Below, in pieces: positions 9,803 through 21,482 of a stretch of DNA of 64,000 nucleotides. The notes under the pieces are model-generated. The model ran no database searches and was not told where the DNA came from. It was given only the letters and a program-made list of their open reading frames with translations. A program made the position numbers and the translations under genes. This DNA is from Candidatus Dojkabacteria bacterium (GTDB lineage: Bacteria; Patescibacteriota; Dojkabacteria; SC72). Every line of letters starts with the position of its first letter. The first letter of the stretch is position 1. The stretch covers positions 6,180 through 70,179 of the forward strand of contig JAXGOY010000004.1 of assembly GCA_040767225.1 (NCBI GenBank). Reading direction: 5' to 3'.

Positions 9803-11317
9803 TTAAAAATTAGGATGAGGATTATCTCCTGTAAGTCTGCCTGGAAACTGTTTGTACTGGAGTGTAGGAATTAAGTTCCAATCAACATTAACATATTTAA
9901 CAGGGTCTGTATGTGTCGATGAAGAGAGCCCTTTTCTTGTTTCAAAATGTAGATGATACCCAAGAGGCTGGCAGTTTTTCATTCCGCTATTTCCGCTTAT
10001 ACCAATAACTTGACCTTTCTTTACTGAATTCCCTTTCTTTACTAAAAAAGAGTCTAAGTGAATATATGCAGAGTACATACCATTTGTATGCTTGACAATG
10101 ATATATCTTCCTCCTTGGTTGCACTCTCCCCCATATTTATCAAAACCAATGTCTGCAACAATACCATCTCCAACTGCAATTACATTATGTAACCTAGCCC
10201 CAAAATCAATTCCTTTGTGAGGACACTGATATTGAGTACACCCATGCCATTGAGTGACCCCTATAAGTTTACTTAGTGGAAAGGAAAAAGGTTTTACAGC
10301 AGCAGCTTTAACTGCAGTTGGTATAGTTATACTTTTTTGTGTTGTATATGCAAGATCAATCCATTCTTTGCTTTTAAATTGAGAATAGATACTAAAATAT
10401 ACTTTTACATCCTGCTTTGATATGTCATTTACAAAGGTACTTCTTGTCTGAAATTCTGAATCTGTGAAATTAAAATTAGTAAGAGTTCCTGCTTTGTTGT
10501 TAGCATATATTTTTCCAAAATATATTAAATTAATATCTCCTGTATATGTATCAGTAAGAACTTCTTTGCATTTATTCCATGTATTAATGTCTGTAATACT
10601 AAACTTCTTGCACTCATATATTTGTATTTCTGCTTTAATACTTTTGGGGTATTTTCCTTGTATTTCTAATGAGTAGTATTTATCCCAATCAATGTATTTA
10701 ATAGTTGATACCTCTATATCAATATCACAATCCCACTCCTTTATCTTTGTTTCTTCATTTTTAAGTACTGATATTTTACATGTATCACTGTTATCTATTT
10801 CTTGCTTTCTTTGTGTATCTTCTTTTTTAAATATGTCAGCTATTTTCTCTCTGAAATCAGGAATAGTGGGAAGCTGAAATTTAATTTGTTCTAATGTCTC
10901 TTGTGTATTTTCATTAGGTGTGTTTACCTCATCATCCTGTTCTATCTCATTTTCTGGTTCATTTTCTGGCTCATCTTCTATTGGGGGAGGGTTCTCAGGA
11001 CCGTCTTCACTTAAAATTCCTTCTTGCAGGTTAAGATAAAACTGACCTAAGTACCAGTAGCTATATATTTCTGGTGTATTTGGGTTATAGTACTTTATCC
11101 TTTGGTAATATTTTCCTGAGTGATAGAATACAGGGTCTATATGTGTTTTAGTTGTGGGTGGTAAAGTAAGGTAAAGCTTTGTTAGTTCCCAGTCTGTGTA
11201 TGATTCAAACTCATATACATATCCTTCTCCTTTACTTTCCCATGAGAAGTGTACACTCTTACTTTCCCAGACAGGTGTTAGTGCTAAAATGGTAGAGAGA
11301 AGTAACGGTACTATCAT
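9803..11317 (-). CDS. Secreted M23-family metallopeptidase
   Basis: HKGIDF, YSAYIHL and GYHLHFE Zn motifs at the C-terminus; signal peptide. Confidence 0.88.
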   Translation of the reverse strand: MIVPLLLSTILALTPVWESKSVHFSWESKGEGYVYEFESYTDWELTKLYLTLPPTTKTHIDPVFYHSGKYYQRIKYYNPNTPEIYSYWYLGQFYLNLQEGILSEDGPENPPPIEDEPENEPENEIEQDDEVNTPNENTQETLEQIKFQLPTIPDFREKIADIFKKEDTQRKQEIDNSDTCKISVLKNEETKIKEWDCDIDIEVSTIKYIDWDKYYSLEIQGKYPKSIKAEIQIYECKKFSITDINTWNKCKEVLTDTYTGDINLIYFGKIYANNKAGTLTNFNFTDSEFQTRSTFVNDISKQDVKVYFSIYSQFKSKEWIDLAYTTQKSITIPTAVKAAAVKPFSFPLSKLIGVTQWHGCTQYQCPHKGIDFGARLHNVIAVGDGIVADIGFDKYGGECNQGGRYIIVKHTNGMYSAYIHLDSFLVKKGNSVKKGQVIGISGNSGMKNCQPLGYHLHFETRKGLSSSTHTDPVKYVNVDWNLIPTLQYKQFPGRLTGDNPHPNF

Positions 11318-11397
11318 TTTTAAATTGTATATATTAATGATTAAAAAATACTTAAATTACCTTGTATGAAATTAAATTACTGATATAATCAGAAGTT

Positions 11398-14337
11398 ATG
11401 ATAAAAATATTCGAAGGGCTGTTTGATTCTAATGAGAAACAAATAGCAAAAATTCAAAAAATAGTAGAACAGATAAATCTTTTAGAAAAGGATGTAAGCA
11501 GATTAAGTGATGATAAGCTTAGGGAAAAGACTGAGTATTTTAGAAAACAGATAGGGGTAAACTTGGATAGTGCAAGGCTGGATTTTAATAATTACAACAG
11601 GGAAGAGCTTAAAAAGATTTTAGATAGTGAAAAAGTAAGACTCAGGGAGATACTTCCTGAGGCATTTGCTGTTGTAAGAGAAGCATCTAAGAGGGTTGCT
11701 AATCATAGACATTTTGATGTTCAGCTTATGGCAGGTTATGTTTTGTTTGATAACAAGATTGCTGAGGTGTTTACTGGTGAAGGAAAAACTCTTGCTGCTA
11801 ACCTTCCTCTTTATCTTTATGCTTTAACTGGCAGGGGTGCTCATTTAGTTACTGTTAATGATTATCTTGCTAAAAGAGATGCTGAGTGGACAGGACATAT
11901 ACTTAATAGTCTGGGAATGACTACTTCTGCAATTAATTCTGGTACACAGTACAGGTTTATTTCTGACGAAGAAGCTATAAAGCTGAAAGGGGATGAGGCT
12001 AAGAAGTTAATTGATGAGAGAAACAGAAGGGTAAAGGAAGAGGGAAGACTTAAGTATGACCATATGAGTGGTGTTAATCTGATTGAGTGTACTAAAAAAG
12101 AGGCATATGCTTGTGATGTTGTATATGGTACTAACAATGAATTTGGTTTTGATTATCTTAGGGATAATATGGTTTCTGATTTAGATGACAGAGTGCAGGG
12201 ACCAAGATACTTTGCAATAGTTGATGAAGCAGACTCCATTCTCATTGATGAGGCAAGAACTCCTTTGATTATTTCTACAAGTGCTCAAGCATCAAATGAG
12301 ATGTATAGGCAGTTTGCGAATCTCGTAAATCAGCTTCAAAGGGAGAAGCATTACTCTGTTGATGAGAAATCTAACTCTGTGTCTTTGACTGATGAGGGTG
12401 TAGATTATGTAGAGAAACTTCTTAAGGTTAAGAATATATATGAAGATCCTCAAATTGCATATCATTTAGATAATGCACTTAAAGCAAAAGAGCTTTACAA
12501 AAGGGATGATGAGTATATGGTTAAGGATGGAGAGGTTTTAATTGTTGATGAATTTACAGGGAGAGTACTTCCTGGAAGAAGGTATAGTGAGGGATTGCAT
12601 CAGGCAATTGAAGCAAAAGAGGGTGTAGAGGTAAAGAGAGAGAGTAGAACTATGGCAACTATTACACTACAGAACTATTTTAGGCTTTACTTCTATCTTT
12701 CTGGTATGACAGGTACTGCACTTACTGAGGCTGAAGAGTTTGCATCAATATATGGGCTTGATACTATCGTTGTTCCTACAAACAAGCCTGTGGTAAGAAA
12801 AGATTACAATGATGTTGTATATAGAACTCAAATGGGTAAGTTTAAAGCTATTGTAGAGGATGTAAAGGAACATCATAAAAAGGGACAGCCTGTACTCGTA
12901 GGTACTACTTCTGTTGAGAAATCTGAAATTCTCTCTGATATGCTTTCTAAGGAGGGAATTAAGCATGAGGTACTAAATGCTAAATATCATGAGAAAGAGG
13001 CTAAAATCGTGGCTCAGGCAGGCCAGAAGGGTGCTGTAACTATTGCTACTAACATGGCAGGTAGAGGAACAGATATTGCACTTGGGCAGGGTGTCAGAGA
13101 GCTTGGTGGGCTGTATATAATTGGTTCTGAGAGGCATGAATCAAGAAGAATAGATAATCAGTTAAGAGGAAGGTCTGGAAGACAGGGAGATCCTGGTGAA
13201 TCTGTCTTTTATGTTTCATTTGAAGATGACCTTATGAGACTTTTTGGAGGTGATAGGATGCAGATGATTATGGCAAGTGTAGGGCTTGATGATAACACCC
13301 CTATATCCATGGGTATATTAGGTAGAACTATTGAGAATGCTCAAAAGAAGGTAGAATCTCATAACTATGATATTAGAAAACATCTTGTTGAATATGATGA
13401 TGTTCTTAATCAGCAGAGAAACATTATATATGATCTTAGAACAAAGGTTTTAGAAATATCAAAACAGCCGTATGTTGAAAGCAAGGTTGATTTAGAGAAG
13501 GATATTAAATATGTACTGTCTATAGATATTGATAGACTTCAAGATGAGCTTGATAGTTTTTCTCTTACTAGGAATGAAACTTGGGATATATCACTTCTTA
13601 ATGATTTAAAGTTTAAGCTTACTCCTCTTGATATATTCGTATTAAAGAAAATTCTAGAACATATTGATTTCCTTATATCTTCCCAGCTTGAGGATGATAT
13701 GAAGATAGATAATATTGAAGAAAGAAACTTGTATATTCAGATTAAAAATCTCATTACAGATGAGATATTTGAAAAAGCTACTAAAAGACTTAAGTTTAAG
13801 GATAGTGTTGAGTATTTTAGAGATTTGTACGGTAAAGATTCTGCACAGAGGGGTTCCCAATTGAAGAAGCTTGCTCTTGTTGCCTTTATTGAGCATATAT
13901 ATGGAATTGGTACACTTCCTATGAGAGAACTGTCTAAGGTTTTAATACTTCAGAGTATTGATAGATACTGGATGGAGCATTTGGATAATATGCAGGATTT
14001 AAGAGAGGGTATTTCTTTAAGAAATCTTGCACAGAGAGATCCGTTGGTAGAGTATAAAAATGAAGGATTTAGACTTTTTGATTCTATGTTAAGTAGTATT
14101 GATAATGACCTTGTAAATAGATTCTTTAAGGTAAGAGTTGTTAAAAGAGAAGATCAATTAAGAGCTCCTATTAGAGTACAGAAAGAGCAGGTAAAAAGTT
14201 TAAATGATAATAGGCCTGGGAATGTAGACAAACAGCAGACTGTAAAAAGGTCTCAGAAAAAAGTAGGAAGGAATGATCCATGTCCATGCGGAAGTGGAAA
14301 GAAATACAAGAAATGCTGTTATCCTAAATACGGCTAA
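11398..14337 (+). CDS. secA: Preprotein translocase SecA
   Basis: [41 protein letters not shown] tail [18 protein letters not shown]. Confidence 0.99.
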   Translation: MIKIFEGLFDSNEKQIAKIQKIVEQINLLEKDVSRLSDDKLREKTEYFRKQIGVNLDSARLDFNNYNREELKKILDSEKVRLREILPEAFAVVREASKRVANHRHFDVQLMAGYVLFDNKIAEVFTGEGKTLAANLPLYLYALTGRGAHLVTVNDYLAKRDAEWTGHILNSLGMTTSAINSGTQYRFISDEEAIKLKGDEAKKLIDERNRRVKEEGRLKYDHMSGVNLIECTKKEAYACDVVYGTNNEFGFDYLRDNMVSDLDDRVQGPRYFAIVDEADSILIDEARTPLIISTSAQASNEMYRQFANLVNQLQREKHYSVDEKSNSVSLTDEGVDYVEKLLKVKNIYEDPQIAYHLDNALKAKELYKRDDEYMVKDGEVLIVDEFTGRVLPGRRYSEGLHQAIEAKEGVEVKRESRTMATITLQNYFRLYFYLSGMTGTALTEAEEFASIYGLDTIVVPTNKPVVRKDYNDVVYRTQMGKFKAIVEDVKEHHKKGQPVLVGTTSVEKSEILSDMLSKEGIKHEVLNAKYHEKEAKIVAQAGQKGAVTIATNMAGRGTDIALGQGVRELGGLYIIGSERHESRRIDNQLRGRSGRQGDPGESVFYVSFEDDLMRLFGGDRMQMIMASVGLDDNTPISMGILGRTIENAQKKVESHNYDIRKHLVEYDDVLNQQRNIIYDLRTKVLEISKQPYVESKVDLEKDIKYVLSIDIDRLQDELDSFSLTRNETWDISLLNDLKFKLTPLDIFVLKKILEHIDFLISSQLEDDMKIDNIEERNLYIQIKNLITDEIFEKATKRLKFKDSVEYFRDLYGKDSAQRGSQLKKLALVAFIEHIYGIGTLPMRELSKVLILQSIDRYWMEHLDNMQDLREGISLRNLAQRDPLVEYKNEGFRLFDSMLSSIDNDLVNRFFKVRVVKREDQLRAPIRVQKEQVKSLNDNRPGNVDKQQTVKRSQKKVGRNDPCPCGSGKKYKKCCYPKYG

Positions 14338-14459
14338 TCTAGTTAATATGCTGTTTTTAGCTGATTCGAACTTTTAAAGAATATGGGACATATATTATGG
14401 GTTTATTGACCTATATCTCCAAATTGTAATATCCTAGATTACAACAACTTATTATTACA

Positions 14460-14936
14460 ATGGCAAAAGAAGAAGAAATACAAAAGGTGGTTCCCCAAAG
14501 ACAGAGTGTACATGTAGTTTTCTTTTCATGTCCTAACTGCGGAGAAGAAGTAGATTATATACAATTCTGTCCTGACTGCGGTAAACCTATGAGAGTAATT
14601 GATGTCGTTGAGAAGTTTGGAGATGAAGCTGAGCAGTTTATTAAAAAAGTAGAAGATAGACTTGCGCAGGAGAAGATTGCTAATGGAAAAGAAGAAGATG
14701 ATTTAATAGATATTATTGATCAACCTGAATCTACCACAATTATTCTTGATGAGCAGGAGAATGATAGTAATGAGATTGATACCTTAGAAGACATATTCCC
14801 TGATGATGATTCTGATATTGATGTAAAGATTGAAGCAGTAGATGATTTAGATGATATTGTTGCAGAACTTGATAAGGAAGAAGATGATGATTTCCCAATA
14901 GATGACTTTGGTGATGGCGGTCTTCCAGAACTTTAA
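14460..14936 (+). CDS. Zinc-ribbon protein with very acidic C-terminus
   Basis: CPNC...CPDC; D/E-rich second half. Confidence 0.7.
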   Translation: MAKEEEIQKVVPQRQSVHVVFFSCPNCGEEVDYIQFCPDCGKPMRVIDVVEKFGDEAEQFIKKVEDRLAQEKIANGKEEDDLIDIIDQPESTTIILDEQENDSNEIDTLEDIFPDDDSDIDVKIEAVDDLDDIVAELDKEEDDDFPIDDFGDGGLPEL

Positions 14937-15016
14937 TATTCATTAAAGTATATTTCTCTTAAAATTATTAAAAATAATAGGTATAATAGGGAGATTTTAA
15001 TATTTCTTAATTAAAT

Positions 15017-16192
15017 ATGCCTAAGGTACAAAATTATAATATTGCAGTAGTAGCAGATCCACTTTACAAAAAGGGAGGGGCAGAAGTTCATCTTAAATAT
15101 ATACTTGATACATTTGATAACAAAACACTTTTCACAGCTTTTTGTGATAAAGAATTTGTTAAAAGAGAGTTTCCTAATGTAGTAGTTAAAACCTCTTTTA
15201 TGCAATATTTCCCATGGAAATTTAAGTTAAAGCATTTTTACAATTTGTTTTTACCTTTAGCATATAGATCTTTTAGATTTAATGGATATGATGCAATAGT
15301 ATCATTATCAATATCATTTGCTAAGTTTGCTCATGGGAGTATACCTCATATAAATATATGCATGTCTCCTCCTAAGTTTTTATGGGACAAAGAAAAGAGA
15401 AGCATTAAAAGTAGTGAGCAGCTTAAGGGAGTAAATAAGTTCTTGTTTAAGATATACTCTCTTTTTGAGAATACCTTTATTGAAGATAAATGGAGAGATA
15501 AAGATAAAAGAGCTGCACAAAGAGTTGATAGAATGATTGCAATATCTAATGCAGTTAAAGAAAGAATTAAGAAATACTATGATATAGAGGCAGATGTAAT
15601 ATATCCTCCTGTTGATGTAACAGGAATTGAAAAAGCAAGCAGGGGGTATCGTAAAGAGAACTGGTTTTTGTATTTAGGGAGGGTTGAAACTTACAAGGGT
15701 GTAGAGCTTGCAATTAGGGCAGCATATTCTGCTAAAGTACCACTTAAAATTGGTGGTATAGGTGATGATTTAGATAGAATGAAGAATCTTGTAAGAGATT
15801 TAAATGCTAAGGGATTAGTAAAGTTTTTAGGATATTTCTCTGATGAAGAAAAGCCTGTTCTACTTGCAAAAGCAAAATCTTTAATATTTCCTGTTAAAGG
15901 GGAAGATTTTGGAATAATACCTGTTGAAGCTAATGCTGCAGGTACTCCTGTAATAGCATACAGGGATGGTGGTGTAGTTGAGACTATTTCTGATACAAAT
16001 CCTAAAACGGGGATATTTTTTGATAAATATAAATACAAGTCATTAGCAAAAGTATTAAAGAAGTTTGATGAAAAAGAGTTTAAGCCTGATAACTGCAGAA
16101 AACAGGCAGAACAGTTTGCATCTGAGATATTCCAGTACAAATTAAGAACATATGTTGAAGACGTACTAAAGGAGAGACAAAATAATGGCTAA
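15017..16192 (+). CDS. Glycosyltransferase family 4 (WbaZ-like)
   Basis: GGAE, IYPPVD, EDFGIIPVEANAAGTPVIAY. Confidence 0.9.
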   Translation: MPKVQNYNIAVVADPLYKKGGAEVHLKYILDTFDNKTLFTAFCDKEFVKREFPNVVVKTSFMQYFPWKFKLKHFYNLFLPLAYRSFRFNGYDAIVSLSISFAKFAHGSIPHINICMSPPKFLWDKEKRSIKSSEQLKGVNKFLFKIYSLFENTFIEDKWRDKDKRAAQRVDRMIAISNAVKERIKKYYDIEADVIYPPVDVTGIEKASRGYRKENWFLYLGRVETYKGVELAIRAAYSAKVPLKIGGIGDDLDRMKNLVRDLNAKGLVKFLGYFSDEEKPVLLAKAKSLIFPVKGEDFGIIPVEANAAGTPVIAYRDGGVVETISDTNPKTGIFFDKYKYKSLAKVLKKFDEKEFKPDNCRKQAEQFASEIFQYKLRTYVEDVLKERQNNG

Positions 16193-16802
16193 AGATACTG
16201 TTATAGTCTTAAAATCTGTAAACTATTCTGAAGCAGATAAGGTGCTTACTGTACTTGGAAAGTATACAGGAAAGTTTTCTTTATTTGCTAAGGGTATAAG
16301 GAAGATTAATAGTAAGAACAGAGGTAATATGCAGACATTAAGTATTTCGGATATTTCTTTTTATGAAGGTAGAGGACTTCCAGTTTTAACAGAGTCTCAA
16401 CTAATATTTTCCTCTGATATAGATGTTGTAAAAGATAGAATAGGAGATATTAAAAGAATATTGGATATGATTAGTAAAATAATGCAGGAGGGTGACCCAA
16501 ATGTAAAAATTTTTAATATGCTTGAGAGCCTTTGTAAAAAGAACTTTGATATTGAGAGTGTTAATAGGTTTAGGCTACTGTTTTTAAAAGAGATGGGATA
16601 TTTAAGTGATTTTACTGTTTGTAGTGTATGCGGAAGTAAAGAGAATCTAGAGTATCTTGACACTAGTAGCTTTGCTCTTCTGTGTAAAAACTGCTACAGT
16701 AAAAGAGGAAGTGGTATTAAGATAGGGGGTGATATATATAAGAGCAGGGAGTTTAGCACAGCTTTGGATGTATATATAAAGAAAATTATTGAAGAAAATT
16801 AG
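16185..16802 (+). CDS. recO: DNA repair protein RecO
   Basis: NYSEADKVLTV...AKGIRK OB-fold; CSVC/LLCKNC zinc finger. Confidence 0.92.
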   Translation: MAKDTVIVLKSVNYSEADKVLTVLGKYTGKFSLFAKGIRKINSKNRGNMQTLSISDISFYEGRGLPVLTESQLIFSSDIDVVKDRIGDIKRILDMISKIMQEGDPNVKIFNMLESLCKKNFDIESVNRFRLLFLKEMGYLSDFTVCSVCGSKENLEYLDTSSFALLCKNCYSKRGSGIKIGGDIYKSREFSTALDVYIKKIIEEN

Positions 16803-16804
16803 AT

Positions 16805-18881
16805 ATGAGATTTAAAACTGCCTTTGTAAAAATTTTAACTTTTTTCCTGCTATCTTTTTCTTTCTTTTAGTTATAGGAAATGTTAATGCACAAAGGCAAA
16901 CACACTTCCTGTTACTGTTAATGGGCAGATAACTGCTGATATATATTCTACTTTAAATATTAATCCTGTTACTGTAGAGATTTATCAGCCAAGTACAGTT
17001 ACAGTTAGAATACTATCTTCATCAGGAGTAGGTATACAAGGTAGAACTGTTGTTATAGTTTCTCCAACTCTAGTTATTACTCAGCCGACTTTACCTACTG
17101 ATTCTTCTGGTAGAGCAACAGGCTGGGTGTATTCAACAAATCCTGGTACATTCACTGTGAGTGCCTTGGATACTACATTGGGTTTTAATATTGAAATTCA
17201 AAATACTAAAACACTTTATGTTGTTCCTGTTCCTGTACCTATACTTCTTCCTGAGCCTTACTATACAAAGGGTACTGTAAATACTGTTGTTTGGAGTAAT
17301 GTGGGGTCCCAGTATGCTTACTATGCTGAGGTAGCACTTGATCCTGACTTTAATAATGTAGTTGGTAATTCTGAATGGATTAATTCTACATCATATGAAT
17401 TTACCAATCTTGAGAATGAAAAGATGTACTTTTATCGTGTTAAGGCAAGAAATCAATGGGGAGGAGAAAGTGCATGGTCAAGCTCTGTATTTAGTGTACA
17501 AGATGCCTTAGTCCCTGAGATTAAAACAATTGATATTGGGGGAGTTGGTGAGAATAACACAGTTGATTGGGATACAAACTTTACTGTTGAGATGCTTTTT
17601 TCAGTAAGAGATAACCTTCAGCTTAACAGTGCAGTATTTATGTGTCTTGACTCTAGAGGTCATACATATCATTGTACTTCGGATTATCATATGGAGGGAG
17701 ATCTTCTCATTGTTAAAGTTAAACTTGGGAATCTGGAGAGAGTATCAGGGGTTTATCTAAGAGACAGCTATGAATTTTGTGTTGAAGCAAGTGATGCTGC
17801 TGGCAATATTAGAAGGGTATGCGGTATAGAATTAAAAATACCTCATGAGCAGGAAGAAATTACAGAGCCTACAATTATTGATAGAGTAGATAAGGTAGTA
17901 GAGGATATAACGAATAATCTTGATGAGACAATAGGACAACTGCCTTCTGGTAATCTTACTGCTATCACTGCTACAACAAGTATTGTTACCTCTTTAATAG
18001 CATTCTTGCTTGCATTTGGGAGTCTGCTTAATCTTCCGTTTGCTTTTGTTCAATTCTTTATACATCTTCTCTCATGGCTTGGTTTTAGAAAAGGTGCAAA
18101 ACCTCTAGGATATGTATATGATTCTCTTACAAAGGATCCAATACCTCAAGCAATTATTAGAGTATACAGTGAAGATGGAAGAATGGTGTGGACAGATGTT
18201 ACTGATTCTAAAGGGTATTTTTCAGCAAAACTTAGTGGTGGAAGGTATAAAATTGTTGTTACTGCACAAGGGTATATTTTTCCTTCTTCAATTGTTTTTG
18301 GTAAAGATGATTATCCTCTAAAAGATGTATATCATGGAGAATATTTTGAGGTTAAGGAGAATGAGGAGTTTAACTTTTCTATTCCACTAGATCCTCGGGA
18401 TGTTTCTAAGTTTAAAGCATGGGAAGAAATTTTAAAGGGAAGGATAAGAGTATTTTTAAATATTTTAAATATTTTCCTTTTTATAGTTGGTTTAATATTT
18501 GCAATATATGCATTTTCTAAAGATCCATACTGGCTTACACTTTTAATACTTCTTCTTTATATTCCCTCATTGATTTTAATGATGAGAGGAACTTTTAAGA
18601 AGAGAAGTAAATATGGTGTAGTTAAAGATACAGATGGGAATGCTGTAAGTAGTGTTGTGATTGGTTTAAGAGAGCTTGAGTTTGATAGGATTGTACTTAA
18701 GAGGGTAACTGATAATATGGGTAGGTATAGAATGCTTGCAGAGAGTGGAAGGTACAGGTTGGAGGTTCTGGATACTAATTACAAGGTTGTAGAGATTGAG
18801 GGTGATAGTGAGATACTGGTTGATAAAGATGAGGAGTGGATCACAAAGAATATTGTTGTTTCAAAGATTGGTAAGGTTTAA
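16805..18881 (+). CDS. Large surface/membrane protein (Ig-like, FN3 and carboxypeptidase-regulatory-like domains), 5' part frameshifted
   Basis: ATG 16805 with a signal-like sequence joins the 17127 ORF through apparent indels; YFYRVKARNQWGGESAWS FN3 motif; TDSKGYF/TDNMGRY beta-sandwich motifs. Confidence 0.7.
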
Positions 18882-18929
18882 TGTATTGAAAAAAGTACAT
18901 TTCACTGGTATTATTCATTGTTTATTTAT

Positions 18930-19002
18930 GGGTGTATGGCTCAATTGGTAGAGCAAACGGCTCTTAACCGTTAGGTTCAGGGTTCGAGCCCCTGTACACC
19001 CA
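18930..19002 (+). tRNA. tRNA-Lys (anticodon CTT)
   Basis: Acceptor GGGTGTA/TACACCC-A, D-arm GCTC/GAGC, anticodon stem AACGG/CCGTT with CT-CTT-AA loop, T-loop TTCGAGC; CCA not encoded. Confidence 0.97.
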
Positions 19003-19072
19003 TTCTTGTTTCTATTTCTCCATATGTGTTTTATAATAGATATGTATTAATATATTATGTATAAATATATAC

Positions 19073-20563
19073 ATGAAGAAACAGGAGCTGAATAAAATAA
19101 TAAGTATATTCTCTATATCTGTTTTACTAGGTATTCTTTTTGATTATTTCTTTTATGATAAAGGTCTTGGTATTGCTTTTCCTCTTTACATATTATTAAT
19201 AGTATTTGGTCTTTTTGGTATATCATATGTGTATAAAAAGAAAATTAAAAAAGATGCACTCTTACTTTTAATACCCCTGTTTTTCTTTAGTGTTATGACT
19301 GCTGTTCGTTCAAGTGAACTGCTTACTTTCTTAAATGTTGTTGCTTGTATATATCTTTTACTGTTAATTGCCGATTTATGTTTTGATAAAAAGATAAGTA
19401 ATTACTTAATCAGAGATTATATAGTTGTACCGTTTACTCCCTTTAAGTTTGTTACTCCTTTTTTCAAAAGTGTTTCAGAGTTATCCTCTTTGAAAAAGGA
19501 GAGTAAAGATAAAAAGGTGTCATCTCAGATTGTAAGAGGCATATTAATTTCTATTCCTTTCTTGATTATTTTCATACTTCTTTTTTCCTCTGCAGATTTA
19601 GTATTTCAGAAATATATGTCTGATTTAGTAAATATAAATGTAGAGGGAGAAACTATTGTTAGGATATTACTTGTTTTGCTGGTATCTTGTGCATTTGTTG
19701 GTGCATACTCATATATTTTTAATGTTAAGAAAGAGGTAATTGGTAGTAAAGAGAGAAAATTAAGGATTGGGAGTATAGAGAGTTATATTCTTCTTGGCTC
19801 TGTTAATCTGTTATTTCTCATTTTTATATCTGTTCAAATTACTTATCTTTTTGGTGGACAGAGTAATATATCTTCTTTAGGTTTTACATATGCACAGTAT
19901 GCAAGAAGAGGCTTCTTTGAATTAATTGGTGTTGCTGTTATATCTTTCTTTCTTCTTTTTGGGCTTGATAGGTATATACACAGAGAGAAGGGTAGTAGTT
20001 TAAGAATATTTAAGATATTAAGTTCTTTATTAGTTGTAGAGGTAATTGTAATAATGGTATCTGCATTTATGCGTCTTTTGCTTTATGAAGATGCATATGG
20101 TTTTACTACTTTGAGGTTGTATAGTCATGTTTTTATTATCTTTCTTACCGTTGTTTTTGGTTTGCTTATTTACAAAGTATTAAAGAATGGGAAAGAGAGT
20201 AATTTTAGTTTAGGAGTGTTTCTTTCCGCTATTCTTTTTCTTGTTGGAATGAATATATTAAATCCTGATGCTTTTATTGCACAGAAGAATATACAGAGGT
20301 TTAATAATGGAAAAAAGCTTGATGTTTACTACTTAACTACTTTATCTGATGATGCTTTGCCTGTTACGGTTAAGATGTTAGATATATCTGATGAGAGTGT
20401 AAAGGGAGAGTTTGCATATTATATGTACTGGAGAGTACAAGGAAAGGGTTCTTCAAATAACTGGCAGTCTTTCAATGTTTCTCACAGGAGAGCAAAAGAG
20501 ATAATTGCTCCTAAAATGGAGGTGCTGGAAGGGTATAAGGAATATATAGAGGAGTTTGAGTAG
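19073..20563 (+). CDS. DUF4173/DUF4153-type multi-pass membrane protein
   Basis: LFSSADLVF, YAQYARRGFFEL, YGFTTLRLY, YLTTLSDDALP motifs. Confidence 0.85.
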   Translation: MKKQELNKIISIFSISVLLGILFDYFFYDKGLGIAFPLYILLIVFGLFGISYVYKKKIKKDALLLLIPLFFFSVMTAVRSSELLTFLNVVACIYLLLLIADLCFDKKISNYLIRDYIVVPFTPFKFVTPFFKSVSELSSLKKESKDKKVSSQIVRGILISIPFLIIFILLFSSADLVFQKYMSDLVNINVEGETIVRILLVLLVSCAFVGAYSYIFNVKKEVIGSKERKLRIGSIESYILLGSVNLLFLIFISVQITYLFGGQSNISSLGFTYAQYARRGFFELIGVAVISFFLLFGLDRYIHREKGSSLRIFKILSSLLVVEVIVIMVSAFMRLLLYEDAYGFTTLRLYSHVFIIFLTVVFGLLIYKVLKNGKESNFSLGVFLSAILFLVGMNILNPDAFIAQKNIQRFNNGKKLDVYYLTTLSDDALPVTVKMLDISDESVKGEFAYYMYWRVQGKGSSNNWQSFNVSHRRAKEIIAPKMEVLEGYKEYIEEFE

Positions 20564-20585
20564 AATTAAGTTAATTTGGACTACC

Positions 20586-21053
20586 ATGATATCAAGGGAA
20601 GATTTAAAGAAGCTATTAAGAGAGTTTAACGAGAAGGGGTATTCAGATCCTAATTCTAAGTATATTGATAATGGTAAAAATGGAAAGGTACTTAAGCTTA
20701 ATATTGGGGAATATTCATATGAAGATGAATACTATGGAGGGGAGCCATATTGTGGGAATGAAACGATATGGGAGAAAGGGATAGATATATTTAGATGTGT
20801 ATACTGGGGTAAGGTTGTAGATGGTGTTGATTTTGGTAGCATATATGGTTTCTTAAGAGAAGCTTTATCTAAAGGTCCTGATGGTGAATTGGTACATAGG
20901 GGTCCTACTGAATATACTAATGGAGATTTTAGATATACAAATGAAATAGTGGGAGATATATTTGAATTTAGGCAAGTTGAAAGAATATATTTAAATGATA
21001 CTGAGGTATATACTGCATATTTTATAGGGGGTAGGATAAATGTAAGGAAATAG
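20586..21053 (+). CDS. DUF5680-like protein
   Basis: YEDEYYGGEPYCGNE, FLREAL, RGPTEY, GDIFEF motifs. Confidence 0.7.
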   Translation: MISREDLKKLLREFNEKGYSDPNSKYIDNGKNGKVLKLNIGEYSYEDEYYGGEPYCGNETIWEKGIDIFRCVYWGKVVDGVDFGSIYGFLREALSKGPDGELVHRGPTEYTNGDFRYTNEIVGDIFEFRQVERIYLNDTEVYTAYFIGGRINVRK

Positions 21054-21137
21054 CTATTATTAAAAGATTTTGTTGATATATTGTATAATACATATGTTCC
21101 CTGCACTTGAAAAATAGAAGAATAAAGGAGAAAAAAT

Positions 21138-21341
21138 ATGCCGTTAAATGTCGGTTTAATATTAGTAGGTATGTTTTTGCTTATTGTGATTGTTCTTTTG
21201 GACAGATTAATGAATGTAAAGAACATTCAAAGTAAGATTTCAGAAGGGGTTTATATGTTTATAGTCCAATTGGAAATGAGTATTTGTGCTTTTGCTCTTT
21301 TGATGACAGCAGTGGGGATAATATGGTTAATAATAGAATAA
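21138..21341 (+). CDS. Small two-TM protein
   Basis: AAGGAG upstream; two hydrophobic segments. Confidence 0.55.
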   Translation: MPLNVGLILVGMFLLIVIVLLDRLMNVKNIQSKISEGVYMFIVQLEMSICAFALLMTAVGIIWLIIE

Positions 21342-21354
21342 ATAAGTGCAGGAG

Positions 21355-21418
21355 AAGCCTAGAATTAGGAATATATATGAGCTTTTGCTCTTTATCCTTA
21401 ATATTTCTAGGCTTTTTT
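21355..21418 (+). terminator. Long hairpin followed by a T-run between convergent genes
   Basis: AAGCCTAGAA (21355-64)/TTCTAGGCTT (21405-14), inner GAGC-tttt-GCTC, then TTTT. Confidence 0.55.
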
Positions 21419-21482
21419 CATAATTATTGGGTGTCAGATTTCATATCTTCTGTTGAGCAGGTTAATACTCCAGAGGAAATTC

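Noticed and set aside
18930-19002. tRNA-Lys as an integration site
   Set aside because: No duplicated tRNA 3' end and no integrase seen in the window.
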